This document shows positions 26,601 to 34,764 of a stretch of DNA of 49,553 nt, piece after piece. Position 1 is the first letter of the stretch; each line of letters starts with the position of its first letter. The position numbers and the translations under genes are program-made. The notes beneath the pieces were generated by a model, which did not search any database, was not told the origin of the DNA, and saw only the letters and a program-made list of their open reading frames with translations. This DNA is from Mycobacteriales bacterium (GTDB lineage Bacteria > Actinomycetota > Actinomycetes > BP-191), in assembly GCA_046715235.1 (NCBI GenBank), contig JBKJZO010000019.1, positions 1 to 49,553 of the forward strand, written 5' to 3'.

Positions 26601-27823
26601 GGCAGTTGCGTCGGCAGGTATGACGAGAGCGTCTCGTTGAGTTCGAGCTTGATCGCTACGCCGTCAATCTGCGTGCCGTAGAGCTGCTCGTACGGGAACT
26701 TCGCAGCCGTACGCCAAGTCTGGCTGACCGGCTCCTTGTCGGTGCCGACCCGGATCCCGCATGACAAGCAGCCCACCGCCGTGACCTCTGTCGCAGTGAT
26801 GTTGTCCCAGCGGTAGTAGGAAATGCCCGACGTGTTCTCATGCGTGAACGTCGGGTCGACATGCAGCGGGTATGCCCGCTTGGCAGCGGTTGCCCACGCC
26901 CGGTCGATGCTAGCGGTCAGGATCGTCGTGCGGCCGCGCTTGCCAAGCGAGTAAGAAACAGGGACGACACTGCGCTTGCTGACGTTTGAGTCCCAGGCTT
27001 CACCCGGCGGCACTGAAGCGACCACAACGCCGCGCTTGTTCTTGAAGGCGATGCTGCCGTCCCGCGACTTTGACGCCTTCAGGCCCGGGGCGTTGTAGAC
27101 GAACTGCCATGAGAGCTGCGCGGCAGATTTTGCCGCGTTGCCCTTCGACTGCACAGCAGCCGCCGGTCGCTTGCGGATGACGAGTTCCTCTTTCACCGCG
27201 TCGTTAGTGACTCGGTAGTCAAGGTCTACGCCGTCGAGGACGCCGGCGTACCGAACGCCGGTAGTGCCGAGCTTCGTCGCCGGAACTGCGCGGCTTCCAA
27301 TGAGGCCGAACGACACCGGGTTGCCGCCGGGTGCGAAGGAGACCGTCTTATCCGCGGACGCTCGCTTGGAGAACTTCGGCGAAAGCGCGTGCGCACCAGT
27401 GACCAGGTCGCCGTCTCGGTTCGCGCGGACGGCCTTGACGATCGGGACGAAGCCACCTCGGGCGTCTTTGACGTTTCGCGGCTCGAGGCCCATCACGGCA
27501 GTGTGCGAACCGTCCGTGTTCAGGTAGTCGTCGACGAATTCGCTGCGCGCAACAGACACCCGGCGCACGCCATCGAGCAATGGTCCGGTCGGGGGCTTTG
27601 GGCTCGGGGGCTTCGGGTTCGACTTCGGCCCAGCCTTCGCGGGAGGCGGTGTCTTTGGGGCCGGCTTTTGCTTCGCCGCCGGCGCTGTGGGCTTCGACGA
27701 CTTCGAAGGCGAAGGTCGTCCGGCTGTCGCCGGCGTCGCTGCCGCGCCGGCAACGAGCGAAAGCGCGATCACCAGCCCTACGGATGCGGCGAGCGGGTTG
27801 CGATGGCGAGCGGAGCGCAGCAT
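23684..27823 (-). CDS. Secreted multidomain LCAT/PGAP1-like lipase or acyltransferase with an Ig-like domain and a pre-peptidase C-terminal (PPC) type domain; 1379 aa
   Basis: ATG 27823 yields MLRSARHRNPLAASVGLVIALSLVAGAAATPATA, a signal-peptide-like N-terminus, followed by a Pro/Lys-rich linker. The lipase core has FPFPYDWRRS (~25704-25733) and VNILAHSLGGLV (GxSxG, 25599-25634). SGVAEIQYVV...AVDAAGNVQ looks like a bacterial Ig-like module. The C-terminal YEGDEDWIGLNL...YDLEVYD...RYFVRVVS resembles a PPC domain. Confidence 0.8.
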   Translation of the reverse strand: MLRSARHRNPLAASVGLVIALSLVAGAAATPATAGRPSPSKSSKPTAPAAKQKPAPKTPPPAKAGPKSNPKPPSPKPPTGPLLDGVRRVSVARSEFVDDYLNTDGSHTAVMGLEPRNVKDARGGFVPIVKAVRANRDGDLVTGAHALSPKFSKRASADKTVSFAPGGNPVSFGLIGSRAVPATKLGTTGVRYAGVLDGVDLDYRVTNDAVKEELVIRKRPAAAVQSKGNAAKSAAQLSWQFVYNAPGLKASKSRDGSIAFKNKRGVVVASVPPGEAWDSNVSKRSVVPVSYSLGKRGRTTILTASIDRAWATAAKRAYPLHVDPTFTHENTSGISYYRWDNITATEVTAVGCLSCGIRVGTDKEPVSQTWRTAAKFPYEQLYGTQIDGVAIKLELNETLSSYLPTQLPLTVHAADPVPSFNAFDETVLASQSVQQKTTIVTGNPLNDRLTAKIRGWVTGREASQRLFFKGTERPGQHTYNEMTATMTVAYTPNTHFATPVYPKNGAKRVPQIPVPTFRIAYSNPTLQQRYRYVIYDAKRVLWTSAWTDKTQVTPPAFSLPNQLEVFWRVDLDDNFTRGVGGHDTTSPIRYGPEWAFSTIREDLPIIFVPGTGGSTIEDADGHEVYPNAVAVAASPNDSHFDVLQFESDGRTEKSEPFGPLHVGHVTKVVGLHPWSEDIYDSTYNFLHGGGYKDGVSLFPFPYDWRRSQQHNAALLRLKIAEVQRITGFDKVNILAHSLGGLVASTAVEGDAATAAKVNRIVTLGSPHLGVARVLGQLKYNEPCQTRIAGKCWIDNDELAKLMRNWPGLLEMLPGRNYVTAATSPIVVSRMPVAGPREDKWLSFADYRAKLADKNMPLIDSAFEWHNDHDGWAPASRQLGLLRIVGEGHYTIAAVREQDEQKCTWSRGPAKPVCKIVTVNSFELRIGDGVAERNSAGLHNQEKGFDLRGNGLNHYVRVHHDDLPKDLEVLKMAIRYLKLDGPNPTRSAAQSARCVGCSNSIGAAGAAHHMSATSDDDDPQTPEDELAPLPEGISLTPGHLSGSALDVHGSVYGSLRDSSGHVTGVTDTILKLAVENIPLSQYDAGTEYSSTVLQRDGDYEGTWRATEDGEVKFRLRTYADNDVSRLVAFPPLEVRSGAVLTMSLHLPGIDPAPALRIDDDGNGVVDRTVPAFAPVTGPAILDVTPPEAVGVVTRRYIAEDGKRMARVELTATDNAGGSGVAEIQYVVGRTGERGAYTGPFELLAEGDLFIRAVDAAGNVQMPYYAFALDEHADHVEAVHEFLEPHVNLAGQLAYEGDEDWIGLNLAAGETQVQLIGMAQDYDLEVYDAQLALVSASRVGGNRSEKLQVDGPGGRYFVRVVSAHGEWSAKTGYRLNIGEAK

Positions 27824-28185
27824 GGAGGTCCCCCCGAATTGACCGTGTCCCCCACGGTTCCCCACAAGCATCGAAGCGGCGCGAGAACGCCTCGACCGCT
27901 GGATGGCCCGGCGCCGATGACGCCGAATGCCATTCGACGGACGGCGTTGATGCGCTTCGGTGTAGATGAGTCCGGGTGCAGCCCGGTCGCGACGGATGTG
28001 CACGCCGACGGGCAGCGGGAGATCCCTCGTGCTGGTCGTGACCAGCGGAAGGAGGGCGCGGCCGGTTGGTGTTCCAGCGCGTGGAAGTCCTCGCTCGCGG
28101 CGGGTGTCCAACTCGTCTCCAGCGAGGCGCGTGGCGACGTGCCGCCGCGGATCCCCGAGGTCGGCTGGCAGGCGACGCCCGTCGC

Positions 28186-29256
28186 CTAGTGCCTCGTAAA
28201 CGATGTTCTTTTACCCGGTCGGGAGTGTGGGAGTAGTTCGTCGGCGGACTTGGTCCAGGTGAAGGGTTGGCAGCGGTCGTTCCAGCCGTCGATGAAGGCT
28301 TCGATGGCGTGGATGAGGTCTTTGACGCTAGTGAGGCTGCCTCGGCGGATGGCTTGCCGGGTGATGATCCCGAAGAAGATCTCGACCATGTTCAGCCAGG
28401 AGCCGGACGTCGGGGTGAAGTGCAAAGTGATCCGCGGGTGCTTGGCCAGCCAGGCCTGCACGGCCGGGTGCTTATGGGTGGCGTAGTTGTCGACCACGAT
28501 GTGCAGCGGCTTGCGCGGGTAGCTCCTGGCGACGTGTTTGAGGAAGCGTAGGAACTCCTCGTGGCGGTGCCGCGGGTAGCAGGCGTCGGTGACCTTCCCG
28601 GTGGCCACCTCGAGCGCGGCGAACAGCGTGGTAGTGCCATGCCACACGTAGTCGTGGGTCTGCTTGGCTGGGATCCCCGGCCGCAGCGGCAGGATCGGCG
28701 CGGTACGGTCCAGCGCCTGCACCTGGGACTTCTCGTCGATGCACAGCACGATGGCCTTGTCCGGTGGATTGAGGTAAAGCCCGACGACGTCGCGGAGCTT
28801 GGCTTCCAGCTCCGGATCGGTGGAGAACTTGAACGTCTCCACCCGCCACGGTTGCAGGTCCCAGTCCTTCCAGACCTTCGCTACCGTGACGTGGCTGACG
28901 CCCAGCTCACCGGCCAGCAGCCGGGACGACCAGTGCGTCACGGCGAGCCGCTCCGGTGGCGGCTCCAAGGTCGCCAGGACGACCGCGACCGGGTCCAAGG
29001 TCGCGGGCCGGCCTGGCTTCGCCCGGTCGTCCAGCCCGGCCAGCCCCTCGCTGGCGTACCGGCGTTTCCAGGCGATCACCGTCGGCTTGCTCACCCCGAC
29101 CCGGTGCGCGATCTCGTTCGTGCCGACACCCTCATCGGCCAGCAGCACGATCCGGGCGCGCTGCGCCAGCCCGGCCGGCATCGACGACGACCGCGTCCAC
29201 GAGCTGAGCACCTCACGATCAGCGCGCGAAACCTGCACACCCACAGTCAACGGCAT
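28186..29256 (-). CDS. IS630-family DDE transposase (356 aa)
   Basis: N-terminal HTH (RARIVLLADEGVGTNEIAHRVGVSKPTVIAWKRRY) followed by a DDE core (CIDEKSQVQALDR ... HIVVDNYATHKH ... FTPTSGSWLNMVEIFFGIITRQAIRRGS), typical of IS630. Confidence 0.85.
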   Translation of the reverse strand: MPLTVGVQVSRADREVLSSWTRSSSMPAGLAQRARIVLLADEGVGTNEIAHRVGVSKPTVIAWKRRYASEGLAGLDDRAKPGRPATLDPVAVVLATLEPPPERLAVTHWSSRLLAGELGVSHVTVAKVWKDWDLQPWRVETFKFSTDPELEAKLRDVVGLYLNPPDKAIVLCIDEKSQVQALDRTAPILPLRPGIPAKQTHDYVWHGTTTLFAALEVATGKVTDACYPRHRHEEFLRFLKHVARSYPRKPLHIVVDNYATHKHPAVQAWLAKHPRITLHFTPTSGSWLNMVEIFFGIITRQAIRRGSLTSVKDLIHAIEAFIDGWNDRCQPFTWTKSADELLPHSRPGKRTSFTRH

Positions 29257-29302
29257 GCATCATGATCCCATAAGGTAAAGCTACTTACTTAACGACATAC
29301 TA
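28187..29302 (-). mobile_element. IS630-family insertion sequence, apparently complete (~1.1 kb)
   Basis: There is an intact transposase ORF. Imperfect terminal inverted repeats match at 19 of 30 positions by my count: tagtgcctcgtaaacgatgttcttttaccc at 28187-28216 against the reverse complement of 29273-29302 (tagtatgtcgttaagtaagtagctttacct). Both ends begin with TA, the IS630/Tc1 target dinucleotide. Confidence 0.65.
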
Positions 29303-29535
29303 GATGGGATATTCGATGCATCCGGGCGTCGAACAATGAATAAGTGCAATAGGACTCCGTCGCCAACAGAAGACGGCCGGGGCTGGACGACGATCGCGAT
29401 CGACCGCGAGAGCCGGCGCTGGACCGTCGCCCAGGCCAGCCGTCAGGCCGACACGTCACGGTCGGCATACGAGCGGCTGTACGAAACCTGACGCGCGCCT
29501 GGGCGAGTCAGTCGCACTTCACGGAGCACCTCAGT

Positions 29536-30000
29536 TCATGCCACGCGGCCACGCGGGACGTCGTCGATGTCGACGTCGCGGTCGTACTGGTCGGGCCGTT
29601 CTTGCTGGTAACCATCGACGAGCAGGGGTGAGGAAATGATGAAGTCGGCGCTCGCCACGTTGCAGGCGACCGGGATGTTCCAGACTGCCGCGATGCGGAG
29701 CAACGCCTTGACATCGGGGTCGTGCGGCTGCGGCTCGAGTGGGTCCCAGAAGAAGATGAGGACGTCAATCTGTCCTTCAGCGATTTTCGCGCCGATCTGC
29801 TGGTCGCCACCTACCGGACCACTGAGGAACTGCGTCACCTGCAGGCCGAGCTCGTACTGCAGCATGCCTCCGGTAGTGCCCGTCGCGTACAGGTGATGCG
29901 CCCGCAACGTGTCCCGGTTGAAGTTGGCCCACCGCAGCAGGTCAGGCTTCTTCCGGTCGTGCGCGACGAGCGCGATGTGTCGTGCCTGGTGTACCGACAT
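29536..30000 (-). CDS. mgsA: Methylglyoxal synthase
   Basis: [11 protein letters not shown]...[11 protein letters not shown]...[54 protein letters not shown] is the MgsA signature. ATG 30000 is preceded by GAGAGGAG at SD distance. The annotated ORF start at 30048 is probably too long. Confidence 0.9.
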   Translation of the reverse strand: MSVHQARHIALVAHDRKKPDLLRWANFNRDTLRAHHLYATGTTGGMLQYELGLQVTQFLSGPVGGDQQIGAKIAEGQIDVLIFFWDPLEPQPHDPDVKALLRIAAVWNIPVACNVASADFIISSPLLVDGYQQERPDQYDRDVDIDDVPRGRVA

Positions 30001-30217
30001 TCGGTACTCCTCTCTGATCCCTCTTAGAGTCCTTTGCCCTGATGCCACTGCAGTAACTGGACATGACGGTGCGGTAAACAGTTGGCACCGGGAAAGCAGC
30101 TCGTGCTGCTCAACAACCGCCTGCGGGCAACGAATCCGCTGCGTGCAAGGACTGTGCTTCGTGCGATGAGTCCGCTGCGTGTAACCAGTCGGCTCGCTTT
30201 CAGTTTACCGTTGCGCC

Positions 30218-31357
30218 ATGCCGCAACTTGCCGAAGACCACCGCGTCACGCCGCTAGAGCTGTTCTTTGATCTCGTTTTCGTCTTCGCGGTGACACAAGT
30301 CACAGCGACACTCGAGCACGATCTATCTTGGCGGGGACTGGGTCGCGGCCTCCTGATCGTTGCCGCTCTGTGGTGGGCGTGGGCGGCGTACGCCTGGCTC
30401 ACGAACGCCTCCGAGCATCGCGACCCATCGGTTCGTGTGCTCATGTTCGCCGCGATGGCAACGATGCTCGTCGCGGCGATCGTGTTGCCCGACGCCTTCG
30501 GCGAGCACGCAGTCGCGTTCGGCATTGCGTACTTCATCTTCCGCGCGTTGCACCTGCTGTTGTTCTGGATCGCCGGCCGTGACGTGCAGGGGATCCGGAT
30601 GGCTCTGTTGCGCTTGTCGCCGAACTTCCTTGCCGCGCCGGCTCTCATCGCGGTCGCCGGGTTCCTTGGCCCGACTCCGCGAGTCGTCCTGTGGATAGCG
30701 GCGATCTCACTCGACTACTCGAGTCCGGTGCTGAGGGGTATGGCGGGCTGGCACGTCGCGCCCGCGCATTTCGTCGAGCGACACGGACTCATCGTCATCA
30801 TCGCGCTCGGCGAATCGATCGTCGCAGTCGGAGTCGGTGCCGGTGGGCTACCCGTCGGGAGCGCACTGATCAGCGGCATCGTGCTGGCCATGCTCGTTGT
30901 GGCGGGACTGTGGTGGGCGTACTTCGACGAGCAGCCTGACCGCGTGGAGCGACGGCTCCTCGACAGCGACGAGCTCCCGCGCGCGGTACTCGCGCGTGAC
31001 CTGTTCAGCTACCTGCACATGCCGATGGTGGCCGGCATCATCCTCTTCGCGCTCGGCGTCACCGAAACGCTGGGACACACCGGCGAAGAACTGGACGGCA
31101 TTCCCGCGCTTGCTCTTGGCGGCGGCGTCGCCCTCTATCTGGCGTCGCTCGTCGCGTTCAGGCTGCGGGCCGAAGGCGCGCTAGACGCGTCGCGGCTGCT
31201 GGCCGCGGGAGCCAGTCTCGCCTGCGTCGCCTTCGCGATGACAGCGAGTGCGCTGGCCGCGCTGGCGGCGCTGGCCGCTGTCGTCGCCGTACTAACCGCC
31301 TGGGAAGCCAGGCCGTTGCGGCAATCGGGTGGCTCTCCGGAGCTGGCTGCGAGATGA
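30218..31357 (+). CDS. Low-temperature-requirement A (LtrA) family membrane protein
   Basis: The N-terminus RVTPLELFFDLVFVFAVTQV followed by many TM segments is characteristic of the LtrA family. Confidence 0.75.
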   Translation: MPQLAEDHRVTPLELFFDLVFVFAVTQVTATLEHDLSWRGLGRGLLIVAALWWAWAAYAWLTNASEHRDPSVRVLMFAAMATMLVAAIVLPDAFGEHAVAFGIAYFIFRALHLLLFWIAGRDVQGIRMALLRLSPNFLAAPALIAVAGFLGPTPRVVLWIAAISLDYSSPVLRGMAGWHVAPAHFVERHGLIVIIALGESIVAVGVGAGGLPVGSALISGIVLAMLVVAGLWWAYFDEQPDRVERRLLDSDELPRAVLARDLFSYLHMPMVAGIILFALGVTETLGHTGEELDGIPALALGGGVALYLASLVAFRLRAEGALDASRLLAAGASLACVAFAMTASALAALAALAAVVAVLTAWEARPLRQSGGSPELAAR

Positions 31358-31384
31358 CGGTTTCACCGCCCTATCCTTTGCGCG

Positions 31385-32305
31385 ATGACGATGGACGTGC
31401 TGCGCATCCGGGACGACGTCGCCGCGGCGATCGCCGGCGGCCGTCCGGTCGTTGCGCTCGAGAGCACGATCATCGCGCACGGCCTCCCGCGGCCGGACAA
31501 CCTCCGCGTCGCGCGTGAGGTCGAGGCGATCGTTGCCGCGCAGGGCGCGGTTCCGGCGACGATCGGCGTCGTCGACGGTGTCGCGATAGTCGGTCTGAAC
31601 GACGACGAACTCGCGCGCCTCGCCGGTGACGACGACGTGGTGAAGCTGTCTGTGCGCGACGTCGCGCTCGCTGTGGCGCAGCGAGGGACGGGTGCAACGA
31701 CCGTTGCGAGCACCGCGGCGCTCGCCGCGCGCGCCGGCATCAGGGTGTTCGCGACCGGCGGGCTGGGCGGCGTACACCGTGAGGCCCGGGACAGCTGGGA
31801 CGAGTCGGCCGACCTCGCGACGCTTGCCGAGACGCCGCTGACCGTCGTATGCGCGGGGGTCAAATCGATCCTGGACGTGCCGGCGACGCTCGAGCGGCTC
31901 GAGTCACTGAGCGTTGCCGTTGTGGGGTTTCGCACCCGGTCGTTCCCTGGTTTCTACCTGAGCGACTCGGGCTATCCGCTCGACTGGTCCGTGGACTCGC
32001 CGGAGGAGGTCGCGGACATGATGCTTGCGCGCCGTGACCTCGGTCTCGACAACTCCGCGATGATCCTCGCCAACCCGCTCGGTGTTGGCGACCAGATGGA
32101 CAAGGGCTTGCACGACCGGGTGCTGGGCGAGGGGCTGGCCCGGCTGCGAGCCGCCGGGATTCAGGGCAAGGGCGTGACGCCGTACCTGCTCGAGTACTTC
32201 CATCGGGAAACGCACGGTGCCAGCCTCGCGGCCAATACCATCATCATCCGTCGCAACGCCCTGTTGGCGGCGCAGATCGCCGTCGCCTGGGGAGACCGCA
32301 CGTGA
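31385..32305 (+). CDS. psuG: Pseudouridine-5'-phosphate glycosidase
   Basis: [16 protein letters not shown]...[30 protein letters not shown]...[11 protein letters not shown]...LE..GV.VVG matches the PsuG/YeiN (IndA-like) family. Confidence 0.9.
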   Translation: MTMDVLRIRDDVAAAIAGGRPVVALESTIIAHGLPRPDNLRVAREVEAIVAAQGAVPATIGVVDGVAIVGLNDDELARLAGDDDVVKLSVRDVALAVAQRGTGATTVASTAALAARAGIRVFATGGLGGVHREARDSWDESADLATLAETPLTVVCAGVKSILDVPATLERLESLSVAVVGFRTRSFPGFYLSDSGYPLDWSVDSPEEVADMMLARRDLGLDNSAMILANPLGVGDQMDKGLHDRVLGEGLARLRAAGIQGKGVTPYLLEYFHRETHGASLAANTIIIRRNALLAAQIAVAWGDRT

Positions 32306-33228
32306 GCAAGCGCATCGTCGTCATCGGCGACATCGCCATCGACGTGGTCGCGAGGTTCACCGGCCCGCTGCAGCTCGGCAGCGACTCCAACGCGAGCGTT
32401 GCGACGTACGGCGGCGGCTCGGCGGCCAACGTCGCGGCGTGGCTCGCGGTCGGCAGCGGTCAGTCGGTGGTGTTCGTCGGCCGGGTGGGCAACGACCCGG
32501 CCGGGCGGGTGCAGGTCGAGGAGCTGAAGCGGGCCGGAGTCGACGTGCGCGTCAGGGTCGACGCGCAGCATGCGACTGGATGCGTGGTCGTGCTCGTCGG
32601 TGAGGATGGCGAACGCAGCATGCTGCCCGACCGTGGCGCGAGCAACGCGTTGTCGCCGCTGGATTTGCCGCCGGATGTGTTCACCGCCGACGGGCATATG
32701 CACCTGTCCGCCTACCCGTTGCTGCACGACTCGTCCCGCGCCGCCGCTCTGGCGGCCCTGGGCATGGCGCGCGACGTCGGCATGTCCATCTCGGTCGATC
32801 CGTCGTCGGCCTCGCTGCTCGCCGCGGCCGGCGCTTCTCAGTTCCTCGAGTGGACCGGGCCGGTCGACCTGTGCATCGCCAACCTCGAGGAGGCGCGCGT
32901 CCTCGCGGGGCCTGGTACGCCGGAAGAGCTCGCCCGCCGTCTCGCGTCGTCGCCGTACCGCGAGGTCGTCGTCAAGCTCGGAGCTGACGGCGCGATCTGG
33001 TCGGACGGCGAGTCGGTCGTCGACGTGCCGGCCGCCCCCGCGAAGGTCATCGCGACGACGGGCGCCGGCGACGCGTTCGCCGCCGGCTTCCTCGCCGCGT
33101 GGACCAAGGGCCTCGCACCCCGCGACGCGCTATCGGCGGGCACGAGTACGGCGGCTGCCGCGGTCGCCCAGGTAGGCGCGCGCCCGTTCGTGACGACGTT
33201 CGGGTTCGAGGAAACCACCCCCCGCTGA
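32302..33228 (+). CDS. psuK: PfkB-family carbohydrate kinase, probably pseudouridine kinase
   Basis: PfkB motifs are present (GGSAANVA near the N-terminus; [13 protein letters not shown] near the C-terminus). The GTG start overlaps the psuG stop as GTGA (32302-32305). The pairing with psuG suggests psuK. Confidence 0.75.
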   Translation: MSKRIVVIGDIAIDVVARFTGPLQLGSDSNASVATYGGGSAANVAAWLAVGSGQSVVFVGRVGNDPAGRVQVEELKRAGVDVRVRVDAQHATGCVVVLVGEDGERSMLPDRGASNALSPLDLPPDVFTADGHMHLSAYPLLHDSSRAAALAALGMARDVGMSISVDPSSASLLAAAGASQFLEWTGPVDLCIANLEEARVLAGPGTPEELARRLASSPYREVVVKLGADGAIWSDGESVVDVPAAPAKVIATTGAGDAFAAGFLAAWTKGLAPRDALSAGTSTAAAAVAQVGARPFVTTFGFEETTPR

Positions 33229-33337
33229 CGCATCAACACGCTCGTCGCCCTCGTCAGCCTCGTAACTTCGGTCAGCCCGGCCACCCCGGCGCTTCTTTCT
33301 GGCAACTGGGTGCGGGTTGAGCGTGACCTCGGGGTGA

Positions 33338-33736
33338 CTACTCCCGAATCGCCTCGCGCAGCGAGGCCAGGCCGCGTTCGCTCAGGCTGGCCGCAAGCGC
33401 GGTCTCGACGTCGAGTTCCATCGCGGCGCCGACCGGACCTTCGCCGTACGCGATCGACGCGACGACGGCAGTGCGCTCGGCTTCGGGCAGCGCGGCGAGT
33501 GCTTCGACCAGGCGCGCGATGAGCTCGGACTCGTCCTCATGCGGGTCGCTGAAGGCCCGCGCCTCGATCACCGAGGGCGGCAGTGGGCGGCACCGCGGTT
33601 TGTCGGTCACGCATTTCCTTCGGCAGGCGAATGGCTCCACACAGTGTGCGGGCGCCGGATCGATGATGCCAACGACAACGGCCGCCCCGGTCATCCCGAA
33701 ACGGCCGTTTCGCGCCAACCCGTCAGGTCGCCTCAC
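33338..33736 (-). CDS. Small protein with a 4-Cys cluster and a sigma-70 region-4-like helix-turn-helix
   Basis: The C-terminal ALPEAERTAVVASIAYGEGPVGAAMELDVETALAASLSERGLASLREAI follows the sigma region 4.2 pattern. Upstream lies HCVEPFACRRKCVTDKPRC (33590-33646). The start codon is uncertain; M15 at 33694 is possible. Confidence 0.4.
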   Translation of the reverse strand: MRRPDGLARNGRFGMTGAAVVVGIIDPAPAHCVEPFACRRKCVTDKPRCRPLPPSVIEARAFSDPHEDESELIARLVEALAALPEAERTAVVASIAYGEGPVGAAMELDVETALAASLSERGLASLREAIRE

Positions 33737-33878
33737 GGCGGTGTGTCGCTCGGAGCGACTGTTTTGGGACCGGGGGCCATGAATCGGGTCGGCGATCTAG
33801 TTAACCGCAGCTGAGCGCGGCCTGTTCCTCTATCGGCATCTCAGGTCGCCTTCCTAACGGTCAAGTAGCGTCTTCGCC

Positions 33879-34589
33879 ATGTGCGGCCGCTACGTCTCCG
33901 CGACTCCGCCCGACCTGCTGATCCGAATCTTCAACGCGTCCGCGGACGACACGCTGGAGCTCACGCCCTCGCATAACGTCGCCCCGACGATGCCGGTCCC
34001 CGTCGTTGTCGTCGGCGGCACCGATCGCGTGCTGAAGGTCATGCGCTGGGGCCTGGTTCCGCCGTGGGCGGCAGATCTTTCGGTCGGCTCGCGCATGATC
34101 AACGCGCGCCGGGAGTCCTTGGGCGACAAGGCGGCGTTCCGGCCGGCATTGGCGCGGCGGCGCGCAATCCTGCCTGCGGATGCCTACTACGAGTGGCATG
34201 TCGCGCACCCGGGTGCGCCGAAGCAGCCGTACGCGATCACCTCAGAGGACGGCGGGCCGCTCGCGTTCGCCGGGCTCTGGGAGTCCTGGCACCGTCCGGA
34301 CCAGACGCGCGTGCTCAGCGCCACTATCGTCACGACATCGTCCGCCGGATCGATCGCCCACCTGCACGACCGGATGCCCGTGGTCCTGCCTCCGCAGCTG
34401 TGGGACGAATGGCTCGATGCCGACACCGACACCGCCGCGGCGCTGAGCCTGCTCGACGCCGTACCCGTGCCACGGTTGCGAGCTCATCCCGTGAGTTCCC
34501 GCGTGAACGACGTACGCGTGGACGATGCGGACCTGCTCACGCAGGTTGCGCCGCTGCCCGTGCACGAGCAGCTGGACCTACTCGCCTAA
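33879..34589 (+). CDS. SOS-response-associated peptidase (SRAP/YedK family; abasic-site DNA-protein crosslinking)
   Basis: It begins MCGRY (catalytic Cys2) and contains MRWGLVPPWA and ADAYYEWH, the hallmarks of the SRAP family. Confidence 0.9.
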   Translation: MCGRYVSATPPDLLIRIFNASADDTLELTPSHNVAPTMPVPVVVVGGTDRVLKVMRWGLVPPWAADLSVGSRMINARRESLGDKAAFRPALARRRAILPADAYYEWHVAHPGAPKQPYAITSEDGGPLAFAGLWESWHRPDQTRVLSATIVTTSSAGSIAHLHDRMPVVLPPQLWDEWLDADTDTAAALSLLDAVPVPRLRAHPVSSRVNDVRVDDADLLTQVAPLPVHEQLDLLA

Positions 34590-34764
34590 GGCGAGGAACC
34601 TGGGCGACGGAAACACGTGACCCTCACGTGACAAGCGCCACTCAGACCTCACCTATCGCGCGGGGGCGAGCCGCCCGTCGTACAGTCGGAGGACACCTGC
34701 TCGTCCGTTCGGTCTGCTTCCTGTCGTCCATCGAAGGGTCTTGCCCGTGCTGCGTAGCCGATTC

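Noticed and set aside
27824-28111. Upstream extension of the lipase ORF (MDTRRERGLPRAG...)
   Set aside because: The extension is Arg-rich and has no signal peptide. The internal ATG 27823 gives a canonical signal-peptide-like N-terminus with a G-rich SD-like sequence.
29336-29491. 51-aa ORF MNKCNRTPSPTEDGRGWTTIAIDRESRRWTVAQASRQADTSRSAYERLYET next to the IS630 end
   Set aside because: It is too short and has no RBS. It shows a faint HTH-like flavour only. It could be a relic of the gene hit by the IS, but that is not supportable.
33737-33878. Search for a LexA/SOS box (GAAC-N4-GTTC type) upstream of the SRAP gene, and the gtcgctc-g-gagcgac hairpin at ~33756-33770
   Set aside because: No GAAC-N4-GTTC-like palindrome is present. 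The hairpin has a short stem, and no gene ends next to it in the right orientation to make it a terminator.
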